From positions 333,567 through 397,566 of the forward strand of contig OY762557.1 in the NCBI GenBank assembly GCA_963666095.2: a stretch of DNA of 64,000 nt. The letters run 5' to 3'. Numbering within the stretch: the stretch's first letter is position 1; each line of letters starts with the position of its first letter. A program made the translations under genes and the position numbers. Positions 27,321-35,925 of this stretch are shown in pieces. The stretch comes from Longimicrobiales bacterium. Lineage in GTDB: Bacteria > Gemmatimonadota > Gemmatimonadetes > Longimicrobiales > Gaopeijiaceae. Under the pieces are notes generated by a model that was given only the letters and a program-made list of their open reading frames with translations, did no database searches and was not told where the DNA came from.

Positions 27321-28652
27321 ATGAACGTCGCCCCGGCGCCCAGGGCCGGGCATATCGCGCGCTTCTGGTCCCCGCTCGCCGCGACCTGGATCATGATGTC
27401 GCTCGAAGGACCGCTGCTGGCGGCCCTCATCGCGCGCCTTCCCGATCCCAAGATCAACCTCGCCGCCTACGGACTCGCCTTCTCGATAGCGATCCTCGTC
27501 GAGGCGCCGGTGATGATGCTCATGAGCGCGGCCACCGCCCTGGTTCGCGACCGCGACGGCTACCGCCGCCTGCGCGCCTTCACGCATGTCCTGAACGCGC
27601 TGGCCACCCTGCCGCTTTGTCTGCTCCTGATCCCGCAAGTGTTCGATGCGCTGATCGGCGGGCTGCTCGACCTGCCGCCGGAGGTGGCACGTCTGACCTA
27701 CGGCGCGCTGTGGATCTTTCTGCCCTGGACCGCCGCGATCGGGTACCGGCGCTTCCTGCACGGCGTGATGATCCGGGCGGGGGCAACGAAGAGGGTCGCG
27801 GCCGGGACGGTGTGCCGCCTGGGCGCGATGACCGCCACCGCCCTGGCGCTGTACCTCTTCGTGGAGCTTCCGGGGGCGTGGCTCGGTCCGGCCGCCCTCG
27901 TCGCGGGCGTTCTGGTCGAGGCGGCCGCGGCCCGGTGGACGGGGGCGGCCGCGATCCGGCGCACGCTGGCCGTCCCCGGCCCGGAGGCCACCGGCGCCGG
28001 CGCGCTCACCTACCGGGGGATCCTCTCCTTCTACTATCCGCTGGCCCTCACCTCCGTGATCGGCCTAGCCACCCACCCCATGCTGACCTTCTTCATGGGC
28101 CGCGCCCATGCGCCCCTGGAGTCTCTGGCCGTCTTCCCGGTCATCGGCTCCCTCTCCTTCATCTTCCGGGCCGTCGGGCTCAGCTACCAGGAGGCGGCGA
28201 TCGCGCTGCTCGGCCCCGACCTGGAGCACCGCCGCGCCGTGGGCCGCTTCGCGGTGGGACTGGGGCTGGCGTGCTCGCTCGGGCTGGCCGTCTTCGTCTT
28301 CGATCCCTTCTTCGGCCTCTGGTTCGAGACCGTGTCCGGACTTGCCCCCGAACTGGCCGCCTACGCCCGGGCGCCGATCGTGCTGCTGGCGCCCCTGCCC
28401 GGGCTCTCGGTCTGGCTGTCCTTCCAGCGCGCGGTTAATGTGCTCAGGCGTCGGACCCGGCCCCTCACCGAGGCGACGATCGTGGAGGTCGCGGCGATCG
28501 CGCTGATCTTCGCGGTGGCGGGATGGGGTCTGGACATGGTGGGCGTCACGGCCGCGACGATCGCGTTCCTGGGCGGGCGCCTGTTGTCGAACCTCTACCT
28601 GGAAGCTCGTGGCGAGACATCACGATTGCGGCGGGAAGGGCGCCGCGCCTGA
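27321..28652 (+). CDS. polytopic membrane protein, MOP/MATE-flippase-like
   Basis: Tail of ORF 27006..28652 from ATG 27321, with ~12 hydrophobic segments. The family assignment is tentative. Confidence 0.6.
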   Translation: MNVAPAPRAGHIARFWSPLAATWIMMSLEGPLLAALIARLPDPKINLAAYGLAFSIAILVEAPVMMLMSAATALVRDRDGYRRLRAFTHVLNALATLPLCLLLIPQVFDALIGGLLDLPPEVARLTYGALWIFLPWTAAIGYRRFLHGVMIRAGATKRVAAGTVCRLGAMTATALALYLFVELPGAWLGPAALVAGVLVEAAAARWTGAAAIRRTLAVPGPEATGAGALTYRGILSFYYPLALTSVIGLATHPMLTFFMGRAHAPLESLAVFPVIGSLSFIFRAVGLSYQEAAIALLGPDLEHRRAVGRFAVGLGLACSLGLAVFVFDPFFGLWFETVSGLAPELAAYARAPIVLLAPLPGLSVWLSFQRAVNVLRRRTRPLTEATIVEVAAIALIFAVAGWGLDMVGVTAATIAFLGGRLLSNLYLEARGETSRLRREGRRA

Positions 28653-29745
28653 ACGGCCGGAGGGCCGCGGCGCCCGGCGCCCCGGCGTCGCGGAGACTCG
28701 TCCCGGCGGACCCTGCGCGAGCGGCCGGGATCCGAGCCGGCGGCGGTTCATCGCGGCCGCAGCGGGCTGCGCGGGCTACCTGGCCGCGGCCGGGCCGCTG
28801 CTCTCTACGCCGGCGCTGCGGCGGTGGGGCGGGCCGCGCGGCCGGATCGTGGCCCAGGAGCCCTTCGCGCGCATCGAGGACCTCGGATTCGGCATGTTCG
28901 CCGTGGTCTCGACGCCCCTGAACGGCGACTACACGACCGTGTGCAACGGGGGCATCGTCATGGGCCGGCAGGCCACGCTGGTGGTGGAGGCGTTCGCGAG
29001 GCCGGAGGGGGCCGCGTGGGTCGCGCGGAAGACCCGCGAACTGACGGGCGGGTGGCCCACCCATGTGGTCGTGACCCACTACCACGGAGACCACTCGATG
29101 GGACCGGCCGGGTTGGACCCCGGCGACGAAGCGCCGCCGTCGCTGCACGCCACGGAGGTCACGCGGGACCTCATGCTGGGGTCTCCCGCCGACGAGGAGG
29201 CGAAGGCGGCGTGGGCCGACGCGGTGGTGGTGCCGGGGGACGCGCCGAGCGAGATCGACCTAGGCGGCCGGGTGGCGACGGTCGTGCCGCGCAGGGGACA
29301 CACGGACAGCGACCTGACGGTGGAGGTGGACGGGGGCGAAGGGCCGGTGTGGTGCGGCGACCTGGTGTGGAACGCAATGTTCCCGAACTACATGGACGCC
29401 GAGCCGAGTCGGCTTGCGCGGTCGGTGTACGCGCTGCACGCGTTGCCGGCGCAGGTCTTCGTGCCGGGACACGGACCGCTGGCCGGGGCCGACGACGTGT
29501 CGCGCTACATCGCCGTGATCGACTCGGTCGGAGAGGTGGCCCGCGAGGCGTGGCGCCTGGGAATCACCGCGGAGGAGGCCGGGTCGCGGTTCCAGCTGCC
29601 CGATGATCTCGGCGAGTGGGTCCTCTTCGATCCCGGCTACTACCAGCGGGCGATCGAGGCGTGGTACGCCGAGCTGGCTACGCCCCCAGGGCCCTCCGCA
29701 CCCGCTCCCCCAGCCCCGCCAGCCGCCCCGCCGGCTCGTTGCTGA
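28609..29745 (+). CDS. MBL-fold metallo-hydrolase with a Tat-like signal
   Basis: ORF 28609..29745 has SRRRFIAAAAG and THYHGDH (HxHxDH). The start is uncertain: it overlaps the previous gene by 44 nt. Confidence 0.7.
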   Translation: MARHHDCGGKGAAPERPEGRGARRPGVAETRPGGPCASGRDPSRRRFIAAAAGCAGYLAAAGPLLSTPALRRWGGPRGRIVAQEPFARIEDLGFGMFAVVSTPLNGDYTTVCNGGIVMGRQATLVVEAFARPEGAAWVARKTRELTGGWPTHVVVTHYHGDHSMGPAGLDPGDEAPPSLHATEVTRDLMLGSPADEEAKAAWADAVVVPGDAPSEIDLGGRVATVVPRRGHTDSDLTVEVDGGEGPVWCGDLVWNAMFPNYMDAEPSRLARSVYALHALPAQVFVPGHGPLAGADDVSRYIAVIDSVGEVAREAWRLGITAEEAGSRFQLPDDLGEWVLFDPGYYQRAIEAWYAELATPPGPSAPAPPAPPAAPPARC

Positions 29746-30853
29746 AGACGATCCGCACGAACCGCCCGGCGTTCTCGCGTCCCCAGTGGGTCATCGGCGT
29801 GACGGCGACCCGGCCCCGCTCCAGCAGCCGTTCCGACGCCGCCGCCCCGTCGAACCCCATCCGCCCGGTGTCCAGCAGGAGCGACCAGCCCCCCTCGGCC
29901 GGCACGACGGGAAGGCCGGCCAGCTCGTCCAGCACCGCGTCGCGCCGGCGCTCCCACTCGGCGACCGCCTCGGCCACGCCCGCGCCGCCCGGGTCCGTGA
30001 GCGCCGCCACCGCGCCCGGCTGCGACAGGCCCACCGGCGTCACCACGTTGTAGATGCCGACCAGACCGATCCGGTCCATGACGCGGCGCGGCCCAGCCAC
30101 CCAGCCCACCCGCCAGCCGATCATGCGGTACTCCTTCGACATCGATCCGACCGTGATCGTCCATTCGGCGAGCCCGTCCACGCCCGCGGGGTGGATGTAC
30201 TCGCGGCCCCCGTACAGGATGCGCTCCATCGCCGCGTTGTACAGGAGCCAGATGCCGCGCCCCTCGCACACCCGCGCGACCTCCTTCCAGTCCTCCCCGG
30301 TCATCACCGCGCCCGAAGGGATGGACGGGTTCATGAGGAAGACGGCCCGGGTGCGGTCCCCGACGACGTCGTGGAGGCGCTGCAGGTCGAGGGCCCAGCG
30401 CCCCTCGCGCACGACGAGGGGGACGAAGCGCGGCGCCCCACCCGCGAGGCGCACCCGCTGGATCATGCCGGCGTAGGTGGGGTCGGCGACGACCACCTCG
30501 TCGCCGGGCCCGACGAGGGCGAGCAGGGCGTTCAGCATCCCCTCCGTGCCCCCGGCGGTGACGACGGTCTGGGTGTCCGGGTCGTGCGGAACGCCGCTCA
30601 GCCGGGTGACGTGGGCGGCCGCGGCGGCGCGCAGCTCGTCCAGGCCGAGGAAGGGGAGGTAGCTGTTGGCGTCGTCTCGGCCCAGCGCGGCCCGCGTGGC
30701 CTCGATCGCCGCCGGGGGCGGGGGGATGTCCGTGTCGAGGTTCTCGAGGCGGAGGACGTCGGGGTCGGCGTCGGCGGCGCGCGCGACCCGGTCGATCGAG
30801 AACCCCTCGACGGCGCCGAGACGGGCGACGGGGCGGGGCGGCGGGGCGCTCAC
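29678..30853 (-). CDS. PLP-dependent aminotransferase (class I/II)
   Basis: ORF 29678..30853 has SMSKEYRMIGWRVG (PLP lysine) and NPSIPSG. GTG 30853 overlaps the upstream TGA (GTGA). Confidence 0.85.
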   Translation of the reverse strand: MSAPPPRPVARLGAVEGFSIDRVARAADADPDVLRLENLDTDIPPPPAAIEATRAALGRDDANSYLPFLGLDELRAAAAAHVTRLSGVPHDPDTQTVVTAGGTEGMLNALLALVGPGDEVVVADPTYAGMIQRVRLAGGAPRFVPLVVREGRWALDLQRLHDVVGDRTRAVFLMNPSIPSGAVMTGEDWKEVARVCEGRGIWLLYNAAMERILYGGREYIHPAGVDGLAEWTITVGSMSKEYRMIGWRVGWVAGPRRVMDRIGLVGIYNVVTPVGLSQPGAVAALTDPGGAGVAEAVAEWERRRDAVLDELAGLPVVPAEGGWSLLLDTGRMGFDGAAASERLLERGRVAVTPMTHWGRENAGRFVRIVFSNEPAGRLAGLGERVRRALGA

Positions 30854-31398
30854 CGGGGTGGGGGCGGGGGGGCGGCGGACCGCGCGAGGGCGTCCCGCAC
30901 GAAGGCGACGACCTCGTCCACGGAAACGGCGGTGGCGACCGTGTGCGGGAGGCCGCGCGCGCGGTCGAGGTCGCCGAAGAGGACGAGCGGGCGCCCGTAG
31001 CGGATCGCGAGCGCGACTTCGGAGGCCGTGCCGGAGCTGCCCGGCAGCGCGACCACCACGTCCGAGGCGAGCACGTTGACGTGGTTCCGCGAGAACGGAT
31101 CCGCGCCCAGCCTGCCCAGGTGCGTCCGGATCGGAATCTCGACCCAGGGATTCGGGTAGCCGGCCGGCGCTCCGGGGTCGCCGGCGGCATCCGCCATCGG
31201 CAGCACGCCGATCACCCGCCCCGCGCGATCCTCCACCTCGGCGAAGGCCCGCGACACCGACGTCATCACCCCGGCGCCGCCCCCGGTCAGCAGGTGGACG
31301 CCCAGCCGGGCGAGCCGCCGCCCCAGCGGCCCGGCGAGGTCCTCGTGGGCGCGGGCACCCGAACCCATCACCCCGACGATGGGGAGTCGGTTCGACAT
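30850..31398 (-). CDS. LOG/TIGR00725-family (SLOG fold) protein
   Basis: ORF 30850..31497, trimmed to ATG 31398 (MSNRLPIVGVMGSG). It has LLTGGGAGVM and PGSSGTASE (PGGxGTxxE-like). Confidence 0.7.
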   Translation of the reverse strand: MSNRLPIVGVMGSGARAHEDLAGPLGRRLARLGVHLLTGGGAGVMTSVSRAFAEVEDRAGRVIGVLPMADAAGDPGAPAGYPNPWVEIPIRTHLGRLGADPFSRNHVNVLASDVVVALPGSSGTASEVALAIRYGRPLVLFGDLDRARGLPHTVATAVSVDEVVAFVRDALARSAAPPPPPR

Positions 31399-31504
31399 CC
31401 GGGCGCTGCTCGGCTTCATCTGGCGCTCCGGGCGAGGGTGGTGCAGGCTTTCCGCAGGCGGAAACGAGACCCTCAATATAGGCAGGCGGCCCGTCAACGG
31501 TTCA

Positions 31505-32854
31505 TTGGCTCAACGCGATCGCGGTCGCCTGACGGGGGAGACGACCCCCGCCCGCCGGGGCTACAGCCCCTACGCGGCCACGAGCGTCGTGGTCGCCAAC
31601 ATGATCGGCACCGGAGTCTTCACCAGCCTCGGCTTTCAGCTCCTCGACCTCCGGTCCACCTTCCCGCTCCTGCTCCTGTGGGTGGTGGGGGGCGCGGCGG
31701 CGTTCTGCGGAGCGGTCTCGTACGCGGAGCTGGGCGCGGCCATCCCCCGCTCGGGAGGCGAGTACGCATTCCTGTCCCGCATCTACCACCCCGTGGTCGG
31801 CCTCGTCTCGGGGTGGATCTCGGCCACGATCGGATTCGCCGCGCCGACGGCGCTGGCCGCCATCACCTTCGGAACGTATCTGGCGTCGGTCTTCCCCGCC
31901 CTGTCGCCCACCTGGCTCGGGGCCGGGCTGGTGCTGGCGGTGACCGGAGTCCACGCCGCCACCTACCGCAGCTCGAGTCTGTTCCAGCGGGGCTTCACCA
32001 CGGTCAAGGTGGTGCTGATCGTCGCCTTCTGCGTCGCGGCGACGACGATGGCCGACCCGCCCCAGCCCGTCTCGCTCCTCCCCGTCGCCGGCGACGGCGC
32101 GCTCGTCTTCAGCGGCGCCTTCGCGGTCTCGCTCGTCTACGTCTCCTACGCCTACACCGGGTGGAACGCGGCCACCTACCTGACCGGCGAGCTGGCCGAC
32201 CCGCAGCGCGCCCTGCCACGGGTGCTGGGCGGCGGCACCCTGCTGGTCACGGCGCTCTACTTCGGACTCAACTACGCCTTCCTGAAGGCGGCCCCGATGG
32301 AGGCCATGGCGGGCAGGGTCGAGGTCGGCTACGTGGCCGCGACCCACGCCTTCGGTCCGGCGGGCGCGGCGATCATGGGCGTCGTGCTCGCCGTCCTGCT
32401 GGTCTCCACGGTGAGCGCGATGGTCATGGCGGGCCCGCGCGTGCTGCAGGCGATCGGCGAGGACCACCCGCTCTTCCGGCGGCTGAGCCGCACCAACCGG
32501 GACGGCATTCCCGCGGTCGCCGTCATGACCCAGGCCGCGCTGACCCTGGCCTTCATCTTCACCGCCTCCTTCGAGACGATCCTGGTCTTCGCGGGCTTCA
32601 CCCTGGGGCTCAACAGCCTGCTGACCGTGGCGGGCGTCTTCGTGCTGCGGGTCCGCGAGCCCGAGGCGGAGCGTCCCTACCGGGCGTGGGGATTCCCGTT
32701 CACGCCGCTGGTCTACGTGGGCCTGACGCTCTGCACGCTGGCCTACATCGCGGTGGACAGGCCGGCCGAGGCGCTGATGGCCGTTCCGCTGATCGGCAGC
32801 GGGCTGGTCCTCCATCTGGTCGCACGTAGGGGGCGGCGCGGGGAGCGCGGGTGA
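31505..32854 (+). CDS. APC-superfamily amino acid permease
   Basis: ORF 31379..32854. The first TM region begins near nt 1570 of this kb block (31570). TTG 31505 was chosen to avoid overlapping the divergent gene, so the start is uncertain. Confidence 0.75.
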   Translation: MAQRDRGRLTGETTPARRGYSPYAATSVVVANMIGTGVFTSLGFQLLDLRSTFPLLLLWVVGGAAAFCGAVSYAELGAAIPRSGGEYAFLSRIYHPVVGLVSGWISATIGFAAPTALAAITFGTYLASVFPALSPTWLGAGLVLAVTGVHAATYRSSSLFQRGFTTVKVVLIVAFCVAATTMADPPQPVSLLPVAGDGALVFSGAFAVSLVYVSYAYTGWNAATYLTGELADPQRALPRVLGGGTLLVTALYFGLNYAFLKAAPMEAMAGRVEVGYVAATHAFGPAGAAIMGVVLAVLLVSTVSAMVMAGPRVLQAIGEDHPLFRRLSRTNRDGIPAVAVMTQAALTLAFIFTASFETILVFAGFTLGLNSLLTVAGVFVLRVREPEAERPYRAWGFPFTPLVYVGLTLCTLAYIAVDRPAEALMAVPLIGSGLVLHLVARRGRRGERG

Positions 32855-32917
32855 GCGCCTGAAGGTCCATCTGAACGACGGCGGGGGCTACGGCGCCGGG
32901 AGCGCGGGGTGAGCGCC
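32835..32917. repeat. short direct repeat copying the permease 3' end, including its stop codon
   Basis: Copy 1 (32835-32859) is ggcgcggggagcgcgggtgagcgcc. Copy 2 (32892-32917) is ggcgccgggagcgcggggtgagcgcc. They differ by one mismatch and one indel, but the sequence is GC-rich and low-complexity. Confidence 0.45.
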
Positions 32918-33000
32918 CACCCGGGGCGGCAGGTCGGCCGACCGCCGCGCCCCTCCCGGCGGCCTCGCGGGATCGGTTCTCGGCAAGCTGGAGATCCCTC

Positions 33001-34179
33001 TCACCCGTCTTCGACGATGCGACGCAGCTGCACCGTCTCGACGTCCCATCCACCGTAGTGCACCACGACGGCCACGTCGCCGTCCACCGCGAGGATCGTC
33101 AGCCTCTCATCCGTCCTCACGCGTCCCAACCGCTGTCCCTGAAGCGCATGGACGGTCCAATCCCTTCGCGGGTCGCCCGCCGGGTCCACGAAGCCAGGGA
33201 CCCAGAAGGCGTCGCCCAGAACGGCGGCGTCCCGACTGTAGAACGGGTAGAACCGCGGGAACTCGTCGGAATCCATGTCGTCGGCATCGGGATGGCTGTC
33301 GGCAAGGAGATCACCGTATTCGCGAAGGCGATCGCGGTCTCTCCGCGACAACCGCACCGGCTCGGGTGGCGGGTCGGGTCCGATCTCGCGGAGCAGGGTC
33401 CCGCCCATGTCGAAGACCGGGATCGCCGCCTCCGTGTTGTCGAGGATGTAGTACCCTTGGCCGATCACGCCGGCCGAGCCCCGCCTGGCAAAAGGAGGCG
33501 GGCCGCCGTGCCCCTGTCCGCCGCCTTCGAGAGGCGTGACGAACAGCTCGACGCCGAGATAGTGCCCCAGGCTGTCCGCCAGGACCCCGTTCGCGTCGTA
33601 CCTTCCCAGCACCATCGCGTTGCGGCGCAGCATGGGGGATCGGGCCGGCTGGTCATGATCCCGGGACTCAGCGGCGAACAGGAAGGAGCCATCCGGAAAC
33701 ACGCCCACCAGCTCCGGAGATCCGTACGGTGCCCAGTAACGAATGTCGACCGTCCGTTCGAGCGCACCCGCGAGGTCCCAGACGGTCACCCGGCGAGCGA
33801 AGGAATCATAGGTGTACAACCGTTCGCCCACGCGGTCCAGGGACGCGATTGCGCGGTGCTCCCCAGGTCCTTCCCCCCGACGCCCGGCCCGCCGCAGCAA
33901 CCGGCCCGAGCGCCGGTCGTGGAATCCCAGCGAGCTCGACTGAGCGATGATCAGCGTATCCCCCACCAGAGCGGCGCCGACGACCCTGTGGAGCGGACGG
34001 TCGGGGCCGTCGCCGATGGTCAGCAGCGGAACGCTGTCGATCCGGGCATCCCGCTGGACACCCCCTGCCGGCTGGACGCGTCCGCCGCGTCCCCAGTCGC
34101 CCCCGAATGCGGCCGGCAGGAACAAGAACACCGCGACCGCCAGGCATCCACCCGCTCGCCTCCCATTCACCTTCGACAT
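33001..34179 (-). CDS. 6-bladed beta-propeller family secreted protein (paralogue 3)
   Basis: Last 392 codons of ORF 33001..35055 from ATG 34179 (MSKVNGRRAGGCLAVAVFLFLPAAFG). It has the motif GRRGEGPGEH and the C-terminus VAVVVHYGGWDVETVQLRRIVEDG. Confidence 0.7.
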   Translation of the reverse strand: MSKVNGRRAGGCLAVAVFLFLPAAFGGDWGRGGRVQPAGGVQRDARIDSVPLLTIGDGPDRPLHRVVGAALVGDTLIIAQSSSLGFHDRRSGRLLRRAGRRGEGPGEHRAIASLDRVGERLYTYDSFARRVTVWDLAGALERTVDIRYWAPYGSPELVGVFPDGSFLFAAESRDHDQPARSPMLRRNAMVLGRYDANGVLADSLGHYLGVELFVTPLEGGGQGHGGPPPFARRGSAGVIGQGYYILDNTEAAIPVFDMGGTLLREIGPDPPPEPVRLSRRDRDRLREYGDLLADSHPDADDMDSDEFPRFYPFYSRDAAVLGDAFWVPGFVDPAGDPRRDWTVHALQGQRLGRVRTDERLTILAVDGDVAVVVHYGGWDVETVQLRRIVEDG

Positions 34180-34232
34180 GCTGCCCGATCTCCTGTCCGG
34201 GGGTTCGGCGGACGCCCCGCCGCCCCTTTGCC

Positions 34233-34898
34233 CTACTCGACCCCCAGCAGCTCGATCTCGAAGACCAGCACCTGGTTCGGCCCGATCATCGGCCCCTTGC
34301 CGTCCGCCCCGTACGCCAGATCGCCCGGAATGACCACGCGCACCTGACCGCCCACCTTCATCAGCTTCAGCGCCTCCGAAAACCCGTCGATCACGCCGTC
34401 CACCCCGAAGGTGGAGGGTTCGCCGCGGCCGTACGAGGAGTCGAACTCGCGTCCGTCCGGCAGCGTGCCGCGGTAGTGAACGGTCACGCGCTGCCCGGAA
34501 ACGGGCGACTCTCCGTCCCCCTCCCGCAGCATCTCGTAGTGCAGACCGGACGCGGTGATCGTCACCCCTTCCCTGGCCGCGTTCTCCTCCAGGTAGGCCG
34601 CCCCCTCGCTCGCCGCACGCTCCCCCGCCGACTGCCGCACCATCTCGTTGAACGCGGTTATGGCGGCCTGGATCTCCTCGTCGGTGAGCGCCGGGTCCAT
34701 CTCCTCGAGGGCGTCGGTGACCCCCATCATGAGCGCCATCATGTCCAGGTGCTCGTGCACGCCCACCAGGGATCTGCCGATGTCGCGGCCGATTCCGTAG
34801 CTGGCCTTCTGGGCATCGGTCTCGAGGGCCATGTCGGGCAGGCAGGCCGTGGCGGCGACGAGGGCGGCGCAGGCGATCGGACGAAGTCGATTGGACAT
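34233..34898 (-). CDS. FKBP-type peptidyl-prolyl cis-trans isomerase lipoprotein (Mip/FkpA-like)
   Basis: Last 221 codons of ORF 34233..35033. ATG 34898 follows GGGAGGAAAG. It has VHYRGTLPDGREFDSSY, GVIDGFSEAL and IPGDLAYG. Confidence 0.85.
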   Translation of the reverse strand: MSNRLRPIACAALVAATACLPDMALETDAQKASYGIGRDIGRSLVGVHEHLDMMALMMGVTDALEEMDPALTDEEIQAAITAFNEMVRQSAGERAASEGAAYLEENAAREGVTITASGLHYEMLREGDGESPVSGQRVTVHYRGTLPDGREFDSSYGRGEPSTFGVDGVIDGFSEALKLMKVGGQVRVVIPGDLAYGADGKGPMIGPNQVLVFEIELLGVE

Positions 34899-35006
34899 TG
34901 GAGCTTTCCTCCCATGGAAGGGTCGATGCGGAGCCTCCCGCGCGGATCCGCCGTGCGAACCGGGACGCGGCGAGCGTGCCTGTCGGGCGGACGCGGGACG
35001 AACCGT

Positions 35007-35170
35007 GGGGACGGGCCCCCGAGTGGCCTGCAAGGTAGCGCCCCGTGCGCGTCACGCCAGCAGCAGGGTCCGCAGGTCCGCCGGACGGGGACGGGTCCCC
35101 AAACGCCTGCAGGGCAACGCCCCTTGCGCGTCAAGTCAAGCCGGAAGCAGGGTCCGCAGGTCCGCCAGAC
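35007..35170. repeat. tandem ~80-bp duplication that includes the 3' end of the HAD gene
   Basis: Unit A (35007-35086) and unit B (35087-35170) are roughly 80% identical. Unit B ends the gene (PRLADLRTLLPA*, stop 35136-35138). Unit A would read PRPADLRTLLLA*, with tca at 35052-35054. Confidence 0.75.
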
Positions 35171-35840
35171 GGGGAAGGACCGCGACGGCCCGACGCTCGG
35201 CTTCGCCCCCCGCCAGCTTCGCCGGGTTGTGCCACGCGACGCGCAGGCCGGCCGCGTGCGCCCCGACGACATCGAGGGGGGAGCCCGCGACGAACAGCAC
35301 CTCGTCGGGGTGTGCCCCCAGAGCTTCGACCCCCGCCGAGTAGATGCGCGGGTCCGGCTTGTAGCAACCGGCGGACTCGGCGGTAACGACTGCGCCGAAG
35401 GGGGCGCCCACCAAGGCGGCCGCCCGCCGGCCGAGCACCTCCGAGCAGTTGGTCACCACGCCCAGCGGGCCTTTCCGCGCCAGCTCTCGGAGCACCGATC
35501 CCGCCCCCGGCCAGGGCGCCAGCTCGTCCCAGCGGGCCTCGAGTTCGGCGGCCCGGGCAGCGGACAGTCCCACGGCCTCCGCCGAATCCGCCACGAGGTC
35601 CAGGTAGGGGACGTACGCGCCCGTGGCGTAGGAGCGCCTCAGGTATTCCATCCGCCACCGCCGCCCCGGCCCCTCTCCCCCGGCGACGTCGTCCCAGAGG
35701 GACCACGAGTCGAGCAAGGCCGAAAGGAGGTCGAAGAGCACGGCCCCGGCGGCCCGTGGACGAACGCCCCCCGGCGTTCGAGCGGCGACGCATCCGCGCC
35801 GGACCCTTCGAATCACCGGTTCGGGTTGCGAAGACGACAT
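35136..35840 (-). CDS. HAD-superfamily hydrolase (haloacid dehalogenase-like)
   Basis: Tail of ORF 35136..36395 with AVLFDLLSALLDSW (motif I region) and VVTNCS. The start is either ATG 35840 or GTG 35741, and I cannot resolve which. Confidence 0.65.
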   Translation of the reverse strand: MSSSQPEPVIRRVRRGCVAARTPGGVRPRAAGAVLFDLLSALLDSWSLWDDVAGGEGPGRRWRMEYLRRSYATGAYVPYLDLVADSAEAVGLSAARAAELEARWDELAPWPGAGSVLRELARKGPLGVVTNCSEVLGRRAAALVGAPFGAVVTAESAGCYKPDPRIYSAGVEALGAHPDEVLFVAGSPLDVVGAHAAGLRVAWHNPAKLAGGEAERRAVAVLPRLADLRTLLPA

Positions 35841-35925
35841 TCGGCCACACCCGAGACGCCTCCGCCTGGGCCTCGATCTCGACATTCGGCCACCTTCACG
35901 ACGCCTCCGCCTCGGCCTCGATCTC
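35836..35925. repeat. tandem 45-bp duplication that includes the 3' end of the AKR-RidA gene
   Basis: Unit A (35836-35880) is gacattcggccacacccgagacgcctccgcctgggcctcgatctc. Unit B (35881-35925) is gacattcggccaccttcacgacgcctccgcctcggcctcgatctc. Unit B holds the stop (35896-35898). Unit A holds the candidate HAD ATG (35840). Confidence 0.8.
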
